From NCBI GenBank assembly GCA_044229975.1, contig JBGARZ010000008.1:256001-320000 (forward strand): a stretch of 64,000 bases of DNA, in the 5' to 3' direction. Position 1 is the first letter of the stretch, and each line of letters starts with the position of its first letter. Below the pieces are notes generated by a model. The model did no database searches. It had not been told where the DNA came from and saw nothing but the letters and a program-made list of their open reading frames with translations. The position numbers and the translations under genes were made by a program. This stretch comes from Polyangiales bacterium (lineage in GTDB: Bacteria > Myxococcota_A > Polyangia > Polyangiales > Ga0077539). Of this stretch, positions 39,227 through 48,125 are shown in pieces.

Positions 39227-40030
39227 CTACGGCGCGAGCCAGCGCCGGCCCGACAGCGACCCCACCACCACCCCCACCACCAGCGGAACCACATGCGACA
39301 CCAGCGTGTGGTCGAGGTCCATCACCGGGCAGTGGAGGTGCTGCACCAGCGCGCCCACGAGGCCCGCGCCGAGGCCCGCCACCGCACCCGCGGTCACCGG
39401 ATTCACCGCCGCGCTCCGCCGCGCTCCGTAGAACACCACCAGCCCCGCCGCCGCCGCGAAGAGCGTCCCATGCATCCCGCACGTCACCCGCGCCTGCCAC
39501 GCCTCCGCGCCCGCGAGGTGCACCGACCCCTCCACCGGAACCGTCACCGCCGCCATCACCAGCTCGAAGCACGCGAAGACCACCGCCATCACCGTCCACC
39601 GCAGCCGCGCCGGGAGACCGAGCCCGCTGCGACCACCGTGGAGCAACAACGCCAGCGACACCGCCAGGCCGGAGACCACCGCGCCGAGGCCCAGGCCCAG
39701 GTGCGCCGCCGACTGGTGCGCGAGGTCGCCCCGCGGTCGCATCCTCACCATCACCGCCGCCAGCGCCGCCGCCACCGCCACGACGGGCAGCGCGCGCCGC
39801 CACGGGTCGAGCGCCGTCACGGGCCGCGCGTCGCGAGCCAGCGCCTCACGCAGCACGGGCGGGAGCTCCTCGTCGGCCTCGACGTCCGTCACCCGTTGCG
39901 CCGCCGACATGCGCGCATCGGCGGCGACCAGCGCACCACACACGGCGCAGCCCTCGGCGTGCCTTCGCTGCACGGCGTCGAGGGCCTTCCCCTCCGCGAG
40001 TGTATCGAGCACCCGATCGCAGTCGCTCAT
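39227..40030 (-). CDS. NrsF/DUF1109-like membrane anti-sigma factor with N-terminal zinc-finger
   Basis: HAEGCAVC (HxxxCxxC), multiple TM segments, LHCP...H; ATGA overlap with the sigma gene. Confidence 0.82.
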   Translation of the reverse strand: MSDCDRVLDTLAEGKALDAVQRRHAEGCAVCGALVAADARMSAAQRVTDVEADEELPPVLREALARDARPVTALDPWRRALPVVAVAAALAAVMVRMRPRGDLAHQSAAHLGLGLGAVVSGLAVSLALLLHGGRSGLGLPARLRWTVMAVVFACFELVMAAVTVPVEGSVHLAGAEAWQARVTCGMHGTLFAAAAGLVVFYGARRSAAVNPVTAGAVAGLGAGLVGALVQHLHCPVMDLDHTLVSHVVPLVVGVVVGSLSGRRWLAP

Positions 40031-40590
40031 TCCGTCCTCCCGAGGCCGAGCGCGCGGCGCAGCGCTTCGTACCCGCGATGCGCCCGCACCTTGAGGTTGC
40101 CCGGGCTGATGCCCGCGACGTCGGCGGCCTCGGCCACCGACAAGCCCTCGACCTTCAACAACACAATGGCCTCGCGCTGCGGCGCGGGGAGCGCATCGAG
40201 TCCACGCTGGAGCGCGTCGAGGGCGTCGGTGCTCAGCGCCTCGAAGCCCTTCGGCGACGCGGCGTCGGCCAGCGGCTCGGGGAGCTGTCCGTCGTCGCTC
40301 AGGGCCTCCGGGCGACGGCGTCGGTAGCGCAGGTGATCGAGCCAGGTGCGCCTCGCGATGGCGAACATCCACGGCTCGACGGGGGCGCCCGCGCGGTAGG
40401 TGTCCCTCGCCTGGTGCACCTTGAGGAAGGTCGCCTGCGTGAGGTCCTCCGCGAGGCGCGCGTCACCGCAGAGCCCGCGCAGGAAGCCCCGCAGTCGCGG
40501 CGCGAGGCGGCGGTACACCCGCTCGAAGCCGGCGGCGTCGCCCCGCTGGAACGCCTCCATGCACGCCTCCAACGGCTCGTCGACGCTCAT
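40027..40590 (-). CDS. ECF RNA polymerase sigma factor
   Basis: AEDLTQATF, PWMFAIAR, EGLSVAEAA...KVRAHRG. Confidence 0.93.
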   Translation of the reverse strand: MSVDEPLEACMEAFQRGDAAGFERVYRRLAPRLRGFLRGLCGDARLAEDLTQATFLKVHQARDTYRAGAPVEPWMFAIARRTWLDHLRYRRRRPEALSDDGQLPEPLADAASPKGFEALSTDALDALQRGLDALPAPQREAIVLLKVEGLSVAEAADVAGISPGNLKVRAHRGYEALRRALGLGRTE

Positions 40591-40650
40591 CAGCGGGCCA
40601 AACCGTACCGCACTCTCAAAGCCTTCGACGAGGGCCAACACCACCCGTGT

Positions 40651-40678
40651 ATTCGCCGCTACCCCTCCCGGCGGTTAC
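40651..40678 (-). promoter_or_regulatory. Putative autoregulatory ECF promoter GTAACC-N17-CGAAT
   Basis: Lies about 60 nt upstream of the sigma ATG; resembles the GTAACC...CGAA promoters of SigF/NrsF-type systems. Confidence 0.5.
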
Positions 40679-40682
40679 ACCA

Positions 40683-41429
40683 TCAACGCGCGATGTCGGG
40701 CTCGACCGGGCGCAGCACGCTGAGCGCCCCGAGAATCACCTGCTCGGTCAGCTCGTTGCTGCCCGCCTGGAGCGCCCCCGGAACCGTCACCCGATAGCCC
40801 CGCTGGAGCGCGTCGATGGCCGTCGCGTACAGGTGGATCTCCGTGATGCAGCCGGTGATCTCCAGCGCGTTGACGCCGAGGCCGCGCAGCGTCTGGTCGA
40901 GCGCCGTGTCCGAGAAGACCGAGTAGTGCCGGTGGGCAATCACCACGTCGCCCGGCTGCGGGGCGAGCGCGGGCCACACGCTCGCAGCAGGGTCACCCGT
41001 GTTGTGGTGCGGCCAGTTGAGGAGGTCGGGGTCGCCCGGCTCGTGGTGGTCGCAGAGGTACAGCACCGGCTCGCCCGCCGCGCGCGCTGCCGACAATCGG
41101 GCGCTCATGGCCGGGACGATGTCGCGAGCGCGCGGAACCTCCAGCGCCGACCCCGGCGTGAGGTGATCGACGAGCATGTCGACGACCACCACCGCGGTCT
41201 TCGTGGTCACCACCGGGACGGCGTCGAGCGCTGCGAGGAGCCGCGCGCGCAGACCCGCCGACGGAGCGACGGGGTCGAGCCCGAGTCCGAGCACCCCGAC
41301 CACCTCGCGGGTCTCGTCGACCTCGGCGAGGAGCGCCGACTGCCCTGCGAGGCTCGCATCGACGGCGCGCGAGGGCGTCCCCGCAAGAATGCGGGCGAGG
41401 ATGTGGTCGAGGGTGGAGTCGTCGGTCAT
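40683..41429 (-). CDS. Isochorismatase/cysteine-hydrolase-fold protein with altered active site and N-terminal extension
   Basis: VVVDML, CDHH, WPHH, HRHYSVF, GCITEIHLYATAIDA. Confidence 0.85.
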   Translation of the reverse strand: MTDDSTLDHILARILAGTPSRAVDASLAGQSALLAEVDETREVVGVLGLGLDPVAPSAGLRARLLAALDAVPVVTTKTAVVVVDMLVDHLTPGSALEVPRARDIVPAMSARLSAARAAGEPVLYLCDHHEPGDPDLLNWPHHNTGDPAASVWPALAPQPGDVVIAHRHYSVFSDTALDQTLRGLGVNALEITGCITEIHLYATAIDALQRGYRVTVPGALQAGSNELTEQVILGALSVLRPVEPDIAR

Positions 41430-41548
41430 GGGTGCTGAAGGGGAGAGGCGCTTCTTGGGATGGGGAAGGCTCTCATCGGGGCTCTACGGCGCCGTGCGTC
41501 ACTCGGATTCAATGTCTCGACCCGTCGGCGCGCCGGGGATGATAGTGC

Positions 41549-42955
41549 ATGCCACCGATGGCCGCGCAACCCTCCATCACGCTTCGCTTCGACGCCGGAA
41601 CACTGCTCATCGACGGCTTTCTCGAAGGCGCGAGCGAAGGGGCGACGCTGCCGGGGTGCGTCTGGGATGCCCGGGTCCAGCGGCTTCGGTCCCCGGCCTG
41701 GCGGTACCGCGAGGTGGTGACGGCGCTGACGCGGCTGGCGCGCGGGGGCACCATCGCCTTCACGGACGAGGCGCGTGGATACGCCGTGCTGGAGGTGACC
41801 CACCGGGCGCAGCGGACGCCCTTCGAGCATCAGCGCGAGGCGGTGGCGGCGTGGAGGGCGGCGGGCAACCGGGGTGTGGTGGTGTTACCGACGGGGGCGG
41901 GCAAGAGCTACGTGGCCGAGATGGCCATCGCGCTGGCCCAGCGGAGCGCGCTGGTGGTCGCCCCGACGCTCGACCTGATGAACCAGTGGTACGACATCCT
42001 GCTTACGGCCTTTGGCGAGAAGGTGGGATTGCTGGGCGGCGGCTACCACGAGCCGGGCGACCTCACGGTGGCCACCTACGACTCGGCGTGGATGCACATG
42101 GACCGCCTCGGCGCGCGCTGGGGGCTGGTGATCTACGACGAGTGCCACCACCTGCCGGGGGCGTCGTACCTGGGCGCGGCCGAGGCTTCGATCGCGCCGT
42201 TTCGGCTGGGTCTGACGGCGACGCTGGAGCGCAGCGACGGGCGTGAGGCGCTGCTCAACGACCGCGTCGGGCCGGTGGTGTACAGCCGCGGCATCAAGGA
42301 CCTCGCGGGCGATCACCTCGCCGAGTACACGGTCGAGACGCTGATGGTCGACCTCACCGCGGACGAGGCCACGGCCTACAACGAGCACCGCGAGACCTAT
42401 CGAAACTTCGTGACCGACGAGGGCATCCGCATGGCCTCGCCCGACGGGTGGGCGCGCTTCCTTCAGGCGAGCGCGCGCAGCCCGGCGGGTCGTCGGGCGC
42501 TGCTGTCATACCAGCAGCAGAAGCGCATCGCGCTGGCCTCGCAGGGGAAGATCGATGTGCTGGAGGGACTGCTGCGACAGCACGCGAAGGACCGGACGAT
42601 CATCTTCACCAACGACAACGACACGGTGTACGCGATCGCGCGGCGGTTCTTGATTCCGGCCATCACGCACCAGACGGACGTGAAGGAGCGGCGCGAGGTG
42701 CTGGAGCGCTTCAACTCCGGCGCGTACCCCGCGGTGGTCACGTCGAGGGTGCTCAACGAGGGCGTCAACATCCCCGAGGCGCGCGTGGCCATCGTGCTGA
42801 GCGGAACCGGGAGCGTGCGGGAGCATGTTCAGCGGTTGGGGCGCATCTTGCGACGGCAGGAGGGGAAGAGGGCGGTGCTCTACGAGGTCATCACCCGCGG
42901 CACCGGCGAAGAGCACCAGTCGGGCAGGAGGCGCGAGCACGATGCTTACCGCTGA
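41549..42955 (+). CDS. XPB/Rad25-like SF2 helicase (DEAD/DEAH, ResIII)
   Basis: LPTGAGKS, DECHH, LGLTAT, NEGVNIP, QRLGRILR. Confidence 0.92.
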   Translation: MPPMAAQPSITLRFDAGTLLIDGFLEGASEGATLPGCVWDARVQRLRSPAWRYREVVTALTRLARGGTIAFTDEARGYAVLEVTHRAQRTPFEHQREAVAAWRAAGNRGVVVLPTGAGKSYVAEMAIALAQRSALVVAPTLDLMNQWYDILLTAFGEKVGLLGGGYHEPGDLTVATYDSAWMHMDRLGARWGLVIYDECHHLPGASYLGAAEASIAPFRLGLTATLERSDGREALLNDRVGPVVYSRGIKDLAGDHLAEYTVETLMVDLTADEATAYNEHRETYRNFVTDEGIRMASPDGWARFLQASARSPAGRRALLSYQQQKRIALASQGKIDVLEGLLRQHAKDRTIIFTNDNDTVYAIARRFLIPAITHQTDVKERREVLERFNSGAYPAVVTSRVLNEGVNIPEARVAIVLSGTGSVREHVQRLGRILRRQEGKRAVLYEVITRGTGEEHQSGRRREHDAYR

Positions 42956-44237
42956 CCTCATCCGCGCGAGGGTGGTGAAGGGCGAGGTCCGGCCGCGCTA
43001 TGTCGCTGACAATGACCTCGACGTGCGGGCGCTCGCCGAGGAGATGACCGGGGTGTTTCGCGCGCACCTGGGCAGGCGCCGCGTCGAGCTCGACGACGCG
43101 CTCACGCAGCTCACCGGCGAAGGAACCGACTACCTCCTGCACCGCGGCCTCGCGAAGCTGCTCTTCGACAAGTCGAGCTACGAGGTGCGCTCGCCGCTCG
43201 CGCCCGTCGATCTGCGGAGGGCGGTGTTCGAGGCGTCGGCGAAGGTTCATCCCGCGGTGCGGGTGGCGGACGCGGTGCACACCGTCACGCGCGACGACGT
43301 GCTCGCGCAGGTGGCTGCGTCGCTGGGCGTGGACGTCGCTGCGGTGGAGCAGGGTCTCTACGCCGACCTCGAAGACGAGCAGGTGATGACCGAGGCGCCC
43401 GACCTCACGGGAGAGGCGCTGGTGCAGCGGTACAACCTCGCGCTCGCGCAGGCGGCGCTGCTGCGGGCCACGCGGCTGGTGGTGTACCTCGAAGAGGGCG
43501 ACCCCTCGCGCTTCCGGCAGTTGTTCCGGTGGGTGAAGTTCTATCGGTTGATCCACAAGGCGGAGAGGGCGGAGGGCGGCGGATGGATGCTCACGCTCGA
43601 CGGGCCCATCAGCGTCTTCCAGCAGTCCAACAAGTACGGGTTGCAGCTCGCGGAATTCCTCCCCGCGCTGCTGCTGTTTCCGGCGTGGCGCGCCGAGGCG
43701 CAGCTCCGCTGGGGGCCGCAGAAGCGCGACATGGCGTTCCGGGTGTCGAGAGAAGACGCGCTGGTCTCCCACCTCCCCGACAAGGGCGCGTACATCACGA
43801 AGGAAGAGCAGTGGGTGCTCGATCGCTTCGCGGCGCTGAAGACTCCATGGACCTTGAGCCGCGAAGGCTCGCTCATCGACCTCGGTGGCAGAGGCGTGTT
43901 GATCCCCGACTTCGTGGCGCGGCACACCGACGGGCGCGAGGCGCTGGTCGAGGTGCTGGGCTTCTGGCGCAAGGAGACGCTCGCGGCGCGCATCGAGCTG
44001 CTCAAGGCGGCGGGGCCGGGCAACCTGGTGCTGGCGGTTCCGTGGAAGCTGCGCGGCGACGCGGAGGGCGAGGCCGCGGCGACGGGAGTGGAGGCGCTCT
44101 TCTTCAAGGAGGTCATCGTCGCCAAGGAGCTGCTGGAGCGCGTCGAGCGGGTGGCCGCGAAGCCCGTTGCGACGGGTGAGACAGGCAGCGCGCCGCTGGC
44201 ACCTGCGAAGGCGAAGAGGGCGCGCCCGAAGAAGTGA
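42942..44237 (+). CDS. DUF790 (Bax1-like) endonuclease
   Basis: MLTADL, LYADL, RYNLALAQ, LDGP, KYG, IPDF...EVLGFW; overlaps the helicase gene. Confidence 0.9.
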   Translation: MLTADLIRARVVKGEVRPRYVADNDLDVRALAEEMTGVFRAHLGRRRVELDDALTQLTGEGTDYLLHRGLAKLLFDKSSYEVRSPLAPVDLRRAVFEASAKVHPAVRVADAVHTVTRDDVLAQVAASLGVDVAAVEQGLYADLEDEQVMTEAPDLTGEALVQRYNLALAQAALLRATRLVVYLEEGDPSRFRQLFRWVKFYRLIHKAERAEGGGWMLTLDGPISVFQQSNKYGLQLAEFLPALLLFPAWRAEAQLRWGPQKRDMAFRVSREDALVSHLPDKGAYITKEEQWVLDRFAALKTPWTLSREGSLIDLGGRGVLIPDFVARHTDGREALVEVLGFWRKETLAARIELLKAAGPGNLVLAVPWKLRGDAEGEAAATGVEALFFKEVIVAKELLERVERVAAKPVATGETGSAPLAPAKAKRARPKK

Positions 44238-44258
44238 TCTGCGCTACGGTCGCGCGCG

Positions 44259-45077
44259 ATGAGCAGCACGACCGGATTCCGTCAGTCGGTGAAGCGCGGC
44301 CTCCATGCGACGGGCTTGCTCGACCTGGCGCGGCTTGGGATGCAGGCGAGCGGGATGGTGCTCGACCTCCGCAAGCTGCCCGGAACGGTGGCGGCGCTGC
44401 CGTGGTTCGTCCGCTCGTGGCGCGAGTACACCGCGATGGGGGCGGCGGCCCCGAGGGTGCGCGACGCCTTCCCCTGCCTCGACGACCGCGGCGAGAGCGC
44501 CGGGTCAGCGTCGGGTCACTACTTCCATCAAGACCTGTGGGCCGCGCGCAAGGTGCACGCCTCGGGCGTCGCCGAGCACGTCGACGTGGGCAGCCGGGTC
44601 GACGGCTTCGTCGCGCACGTGGCGTCGTTCACCGACGTGGTCTACGTCGACCTGCGGCCGCTCGAAGCCAAGGGGCACCCTCACATCAAGGCCCGCGTCG
44701 GAACGGTGCTGGGCCTGCCCTTCGACGACCGCTCGGTGCGCTCGCTGTCGTGCCTCCACGTCATCGAGCACATCGGCCTCGGGCGCTACGGCGACCCGCT
44801 CGACCCGGACGGATCACGCAAGGCGCTCGCCGAGCTCCAGCGCGTGGTGGCGCCGGGCGGTGACTTCTACCTGGGTGTTCCGGTCGGGCGCGAGCGCGTG
44901 TGCTTCAACGCCCATCGGGTGCTCTCGCCGCGCACCGTCCTCGGCGCCATGAACGAGCTGTCGCTGGTGGAGTTCAGCGGCGTCGACGACCGCGGCGACC
45001 TCGTGCGCGACACCGACCCGGCGGGCTTCGAAAACGCCGACTACGCGTGCGGGTTGTTCCACTTCACGCGGCGGTAG
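44259..45077 (+). CDS. DUF268-family SAM-dependent methyltransferase-like protein
   Basis: HYFHQDLW, HVDVGSRVDG, SCLHVIEHIGLGRYGD, FNAHR. Confidence 0.85.
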   Translation: MSSTTGFRQSVKRGLHATGLLDLARLGMQASGMVLDLRKLPGTVAALPWFVRSWREYTAMGAAAPRVRDAFPCLDDRGESAGSASGHYFHQDLWAARKVHASGVAEHVDVGSRVDGFVAHVASFTDVVYVDLRPLEAKGHPHIKARVGTVLGLPFDDRSVRSLSCLHVIEHIGLGRYGDPLDPDGSRKALAELQRVVAPGGDFYLGVPVGRERVCFNAHRVLSPRTVLGAMNELSLVEFSGVDDRGDLVRDTDPAGFENADYACGLFHFTRR

Positions 45078-45087
45078 TGCCTGTGGG

Positions 45088-45312
45088 CCGGAGTTCGCGT
45101 GCCCCCGTTGCGGGGGCGTGCAGTCGCTCACTCCGGGCTATTTCAGGTGGTCACCTCGCTGCGCGAGGTTGCAGGGACCGCAGCCGACGATGAGTCGAGC
45201 GATGGGTGGTTCGTTGCCACCAATGCTGCAACCTCGCGCAGCGAGGTGACCACCTGAAATAGCCCGGAGTGAGCGACTGCACGCCCCCGCAACGGGGGCA
45301 CGCGAACTCCGG
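45088..45312. repeat. Perfect 87-bp inverted repeat (45088-45174 / 45226-45312), REPIN-like
   Basis: Arms checked base by base as exact reverse complements; 51-bp spacer; each arm has internal hairpins (TAGCCCGGAGT...ACTCCGG). Confidence 0.95.
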
Positions 45313-46815
45313 TCACACCTTCTCGAAGCTGCCGCTGGTGAGCGTCAGCCGACCCGTCGGAATGGTCACCACCATGCGCGCGCCGTCGCCGCCGTCCTCG
45401 CGGTTGAGCACGGCGATGGAGCCGCCCGCCTGCTCCACGATGGCGGCGCTCGTCGGCAGCCCGAGGCCCGTGCCCTCGCCCGCCGGCTTCGTCGTGAAGA
45501 AGGGCTCGAACACCCGCTCCCGCAGCGCCGCCGGGATGCCCGGTCCGTCGTCCACCACCTCGATGACCACCTTCGTCTCGTCGAGGCGCGCCGTGATGGC
45601 GATCTGCCCCTTCGAGCGACCGTCGCCGCGGATCGCGTCGGCCGCGTTGAGCGCGAGGTTGAGCACCACCTGCACCAGACGGTCGCCCGAGACCAGCACC
45701 GTGGGCAGAGGGTCGTCGGTCTCCACCGTGAGCGCGATGTCCCGCATGGACTTCTGCGGCTGCAACAGCCGACGCACCTGCTCCAGGGAGTCGCGCACGT
45801 CCGCGTTGGGCTCCACGGGTGTTCCGTCGAGGCGCGGCGGGGCGGCCGACCCGGGTGCCGCGCGGGCGTAGTCGAGGAGCTGCCGCACCGTGCGATGGAT
45901 GCGCTGCGCCTCGTTGCCGATGCGCCCGGCGAACTCCTTGTTCTCGTCCTCCTCCAGGCCGCCGTCGCGCATCACGTCGGCCAGACCCACGATGGCCGCC
46001 AATGGGTTGCCCACCTCGTGCGCGATGCCCGCCGCGAGGCGACCCACCACCGCGAGGCGCTCGCCGCGAACCACCTGCTCCTGCGCGCGGCGGAGGTGGG
46101 CGCTCGCCTTCTCCAGCTCCTGCACCTGCTTGGAGAGCTCGGCCTCGCGCGCCGCGAGCTGGTCCGTCATCCGATTGAACGCCGACGCCGCCCGCACCAC
46201 CTCCTCGGCGCCGCGCTCCTCGGCGCGCACGTCACGACGCCCGGCGGCCACCCGTTCGGCCGCGCGGGTGAGGCCCTCCATCGGGCGAACGATCCAGCGG
46301 GTGAGCGCGAGGTACACGAGCCCGATGGCGAGCAGCCCCGAGAGCCCCGTCGAGAGCAACACCGCGGGCGGAACCGTCCGTTCCGCCGCGCCCGGCGACA
46401 GCGACGTCTCGGCGACGAAGACCCCGCGCCCCGGCAGCAGCACCACCACGGCCATCATGTCGCCGGAGACGCGCACGTCGGTGAAGGGCGGCGGGGCGAG
46501 CGATGTCGGCAGCGTGAGCGACCCGTAGATGGACAGGAGGTGACCGTTGAGGTCGTAGAGCGCCGCGCCCGAGAGGCCACCCTCGCCCACGCTGGCGGCC
46601 AGCAGCGGTTGCACCCGCGTCGGGTCGGGCGTGAGCGAGACCTCGCCCGCGACGGAGCGCGCGAGGGTCATCCCGAGGCGGCGGCGCGCGATGCGCCCGG
46701 AGGCGACGGTGAGCGGGTACACCGCGGCCAGCGCGAGCGAGGCGGCGATGGCCAGCGCCACCAGGAGCGCCAACGCGAATTGGGCGCGCAGACCGAAGCC
46801 CCGACGTTCTTCCAT
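45313..46815 (-). CDS. Membrane HAMP-domain sensor histidine kinase
   Basis: 2 TM segments, HAMP, AHEVGNPL, QVVLNLALNA, DDGPGI, FFTTK, GTGLGL. Confidence 0.94.
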   Translation of the reverse strand: MEERRGFGLRAQFALALLVALAIAASLALAAVYPLTVASGRIARRRLGMTLARSVAGEVSLTPDPTRVQPLLAASVGEGGLSGAALYDLNGHLLSIYGSLTLPTSLAPPPFTDVRVSGDMMAVVVLLPGRGVFVAETSLSPGAAERTVPPAVLLSTGLSGLLAIGLVYLALTRWIVRPMEGLTRAAERVAAGRRDVRAEERGAEEVVRAASAFNRMTDQLAAREAELSKQVQELEKASAHLRRAQEQVVRGERLAVVGRLAAGIAHEVGNPLAAIVGLADVMRDGGLEEDENKEFAGRIGNEAQRIHRTVRQLLDYARAAPGSAAPPRLDGTPVEPNADVRDSLEQVRRLLQPQKSMRDIALTVETDDPLPTVLVSGDRLVQVVLNLALNAADAIRGDGRSKGQIAITARLDETKVVIEVVDDGPGIPAALRERVFEPFFTTKPAGEGTGLGLPTSAAIVEQAGGSIAVLNREDGGDGARMVVTIPTGRLTLTSGSFEKV

Positions 46816-46850
46816 GGTGGAGCCGCGATGCTATCGCGGACGGGCCTCGG

Positions 46851-48125
46851 GTGGTGCGATGGTCACCGCCGATGATCGCCGCTGCGCAGGCCCGCCGCTT
46901 CCTCGTCCGACGACACCTGCTGGCGCCGCCGCGGTCGCTGCCCGCTGATCCCGCGTCGGTGCTCACCGTGGCGCGGCGCTTCGGGTCGCTCCAGTTCGAT
47001 CCGCTCGATGCGCCCGGCGCGCGCAACCACGAGGCCGTGCTGCACGCCCGCATCGAGGGGTACACCCGCGGCTGGTGCGAGCAGCACCTCTACGGCCCGC
47101 CCGCCACGCGCTCGCTCATCGAGCTCTGGAACAAGTCGCTCAACATCGTCCCCATCGAAGACCTGCCGGCCCACCAGCACGCGTGGTCGAAGGCCAGGGT
47201 GCGCCACGCGAAGGGCATCCTCACGAAGCGGAAAGCCGTCGCCGAGACCATCCTCGAAAGCGTTCGCACCGCGGGCGCGACCGGCACGCGCGCCATGGCC
47301 CGCTCCCACGCCGGGTCCGTCGACTGGTACTGGGCGCCCACCTCCGAGGGCCGCGCCGTCGCCGAGGCCCTCTTCGAGACGGGCCGCCTCGGCATCGCGC
47401 ACCGCGAAGGCAACCACCGCGTCTTCGACCTCCTCGAACGCCTCCACCCCACGCTCGCCCCCGCCCTCGACGTCGATGACGCCGAGCGCGTTCGACTGCT
47501 CACCCGCCACCGCGCCGTCGGCCTCATGGGCGCTGGCGGAGGCGCCGAGCTCTTCACCGGGCTCGGCCCCGCCGCGGTGCGCGCCCGCTCGCTCCGCGCC
47601 CTCCTCGACCACGGAACGCTCCTCCCGGTGGCCGTCGAGGGTGTGCGCGGCGAGCGGTACGTCCTCGCTGATGAGCGCGCTCTTCTCGACGCGTGCGCCG
47701 ACGACCACGCTCCCCTGCGCGGCGTCACCCTGCTCGCGCCGCTCGATCCCTTCGTGTGGGACCGCGCGCTCCTGCGATCGCTCTTCGACTTCGACTACCG
47801 CTGGGAGGTCTACACGCCCGCGCACCTGCGCCGCTTCGGCTACTACGCGTTGCCGCTGCTCTGGGGCGACCGGCTCGTGGGTCGCGTCGAGCCCTCGCCC
47901 GACCGCGCGAAGGGCCGCCTCGTGCTGAAGGGATTGTGGTTCGAGGACGGCTTCGACCCGCTGTCCGCGGAGGGTTTCGTCGACGACCTCGGCGACGCCG
48001 TCGAGGCATGGCGGCGCTTCGTCGGAACCGCCACCGTCACCGCACCGCGCACCCGCGTGGGCCGCGCGATCGCCGAGGCGTGGCGGCGCGACGGTCGCGT
48101 GGCGCTGACGACGAGCGCCCGGTGA
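46851..48125 (+). CDS. YcaQ/AlkZ-family (HTH_42) crosslink-repair DNA glycosylase
   Basis: LQFDP (QxD motif), LLAPLDP..WDR, FDFDYRWEVYTP, GYYALP; start 46851 or 46872. Confidence 0.9.
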   Translation: MVRWSPPMIAAAQARRFLVRRHLLAPPRSLPADPASVLTVARRFGSLQFDPLDAPGARNHEAVLHARIEGYTRGWCEQHLYGPPATRSLIELWNKSLNIVPIEDLPAHQHAWSKARVRHAKGILTKRKAVAETILESVRTAGATGTRAMARSHAGSVDWYWAPTSEGRAVAEALFETGRLGIAHREGNHRVFDLLERLHPTLAPALDVDDAERVRLLTRHRAVGLMGAGGGAELFTGLGPAAVRARSLRALLDHGTLLPVAVEGVRGERYVLADERALLDACADDHAPLRGVTLLAPLDPFVWDRALLRSLFDFDYRWEVYTPAHLRRFGYYALPLLWGDRLVGRVEPSPDRAKGRLVLKGLWFEDGFDPLSAEGFVDDLGDAVEAWRRFVGTATVTAPRTRVGRAIAEAWRRDGRVALTTSAR

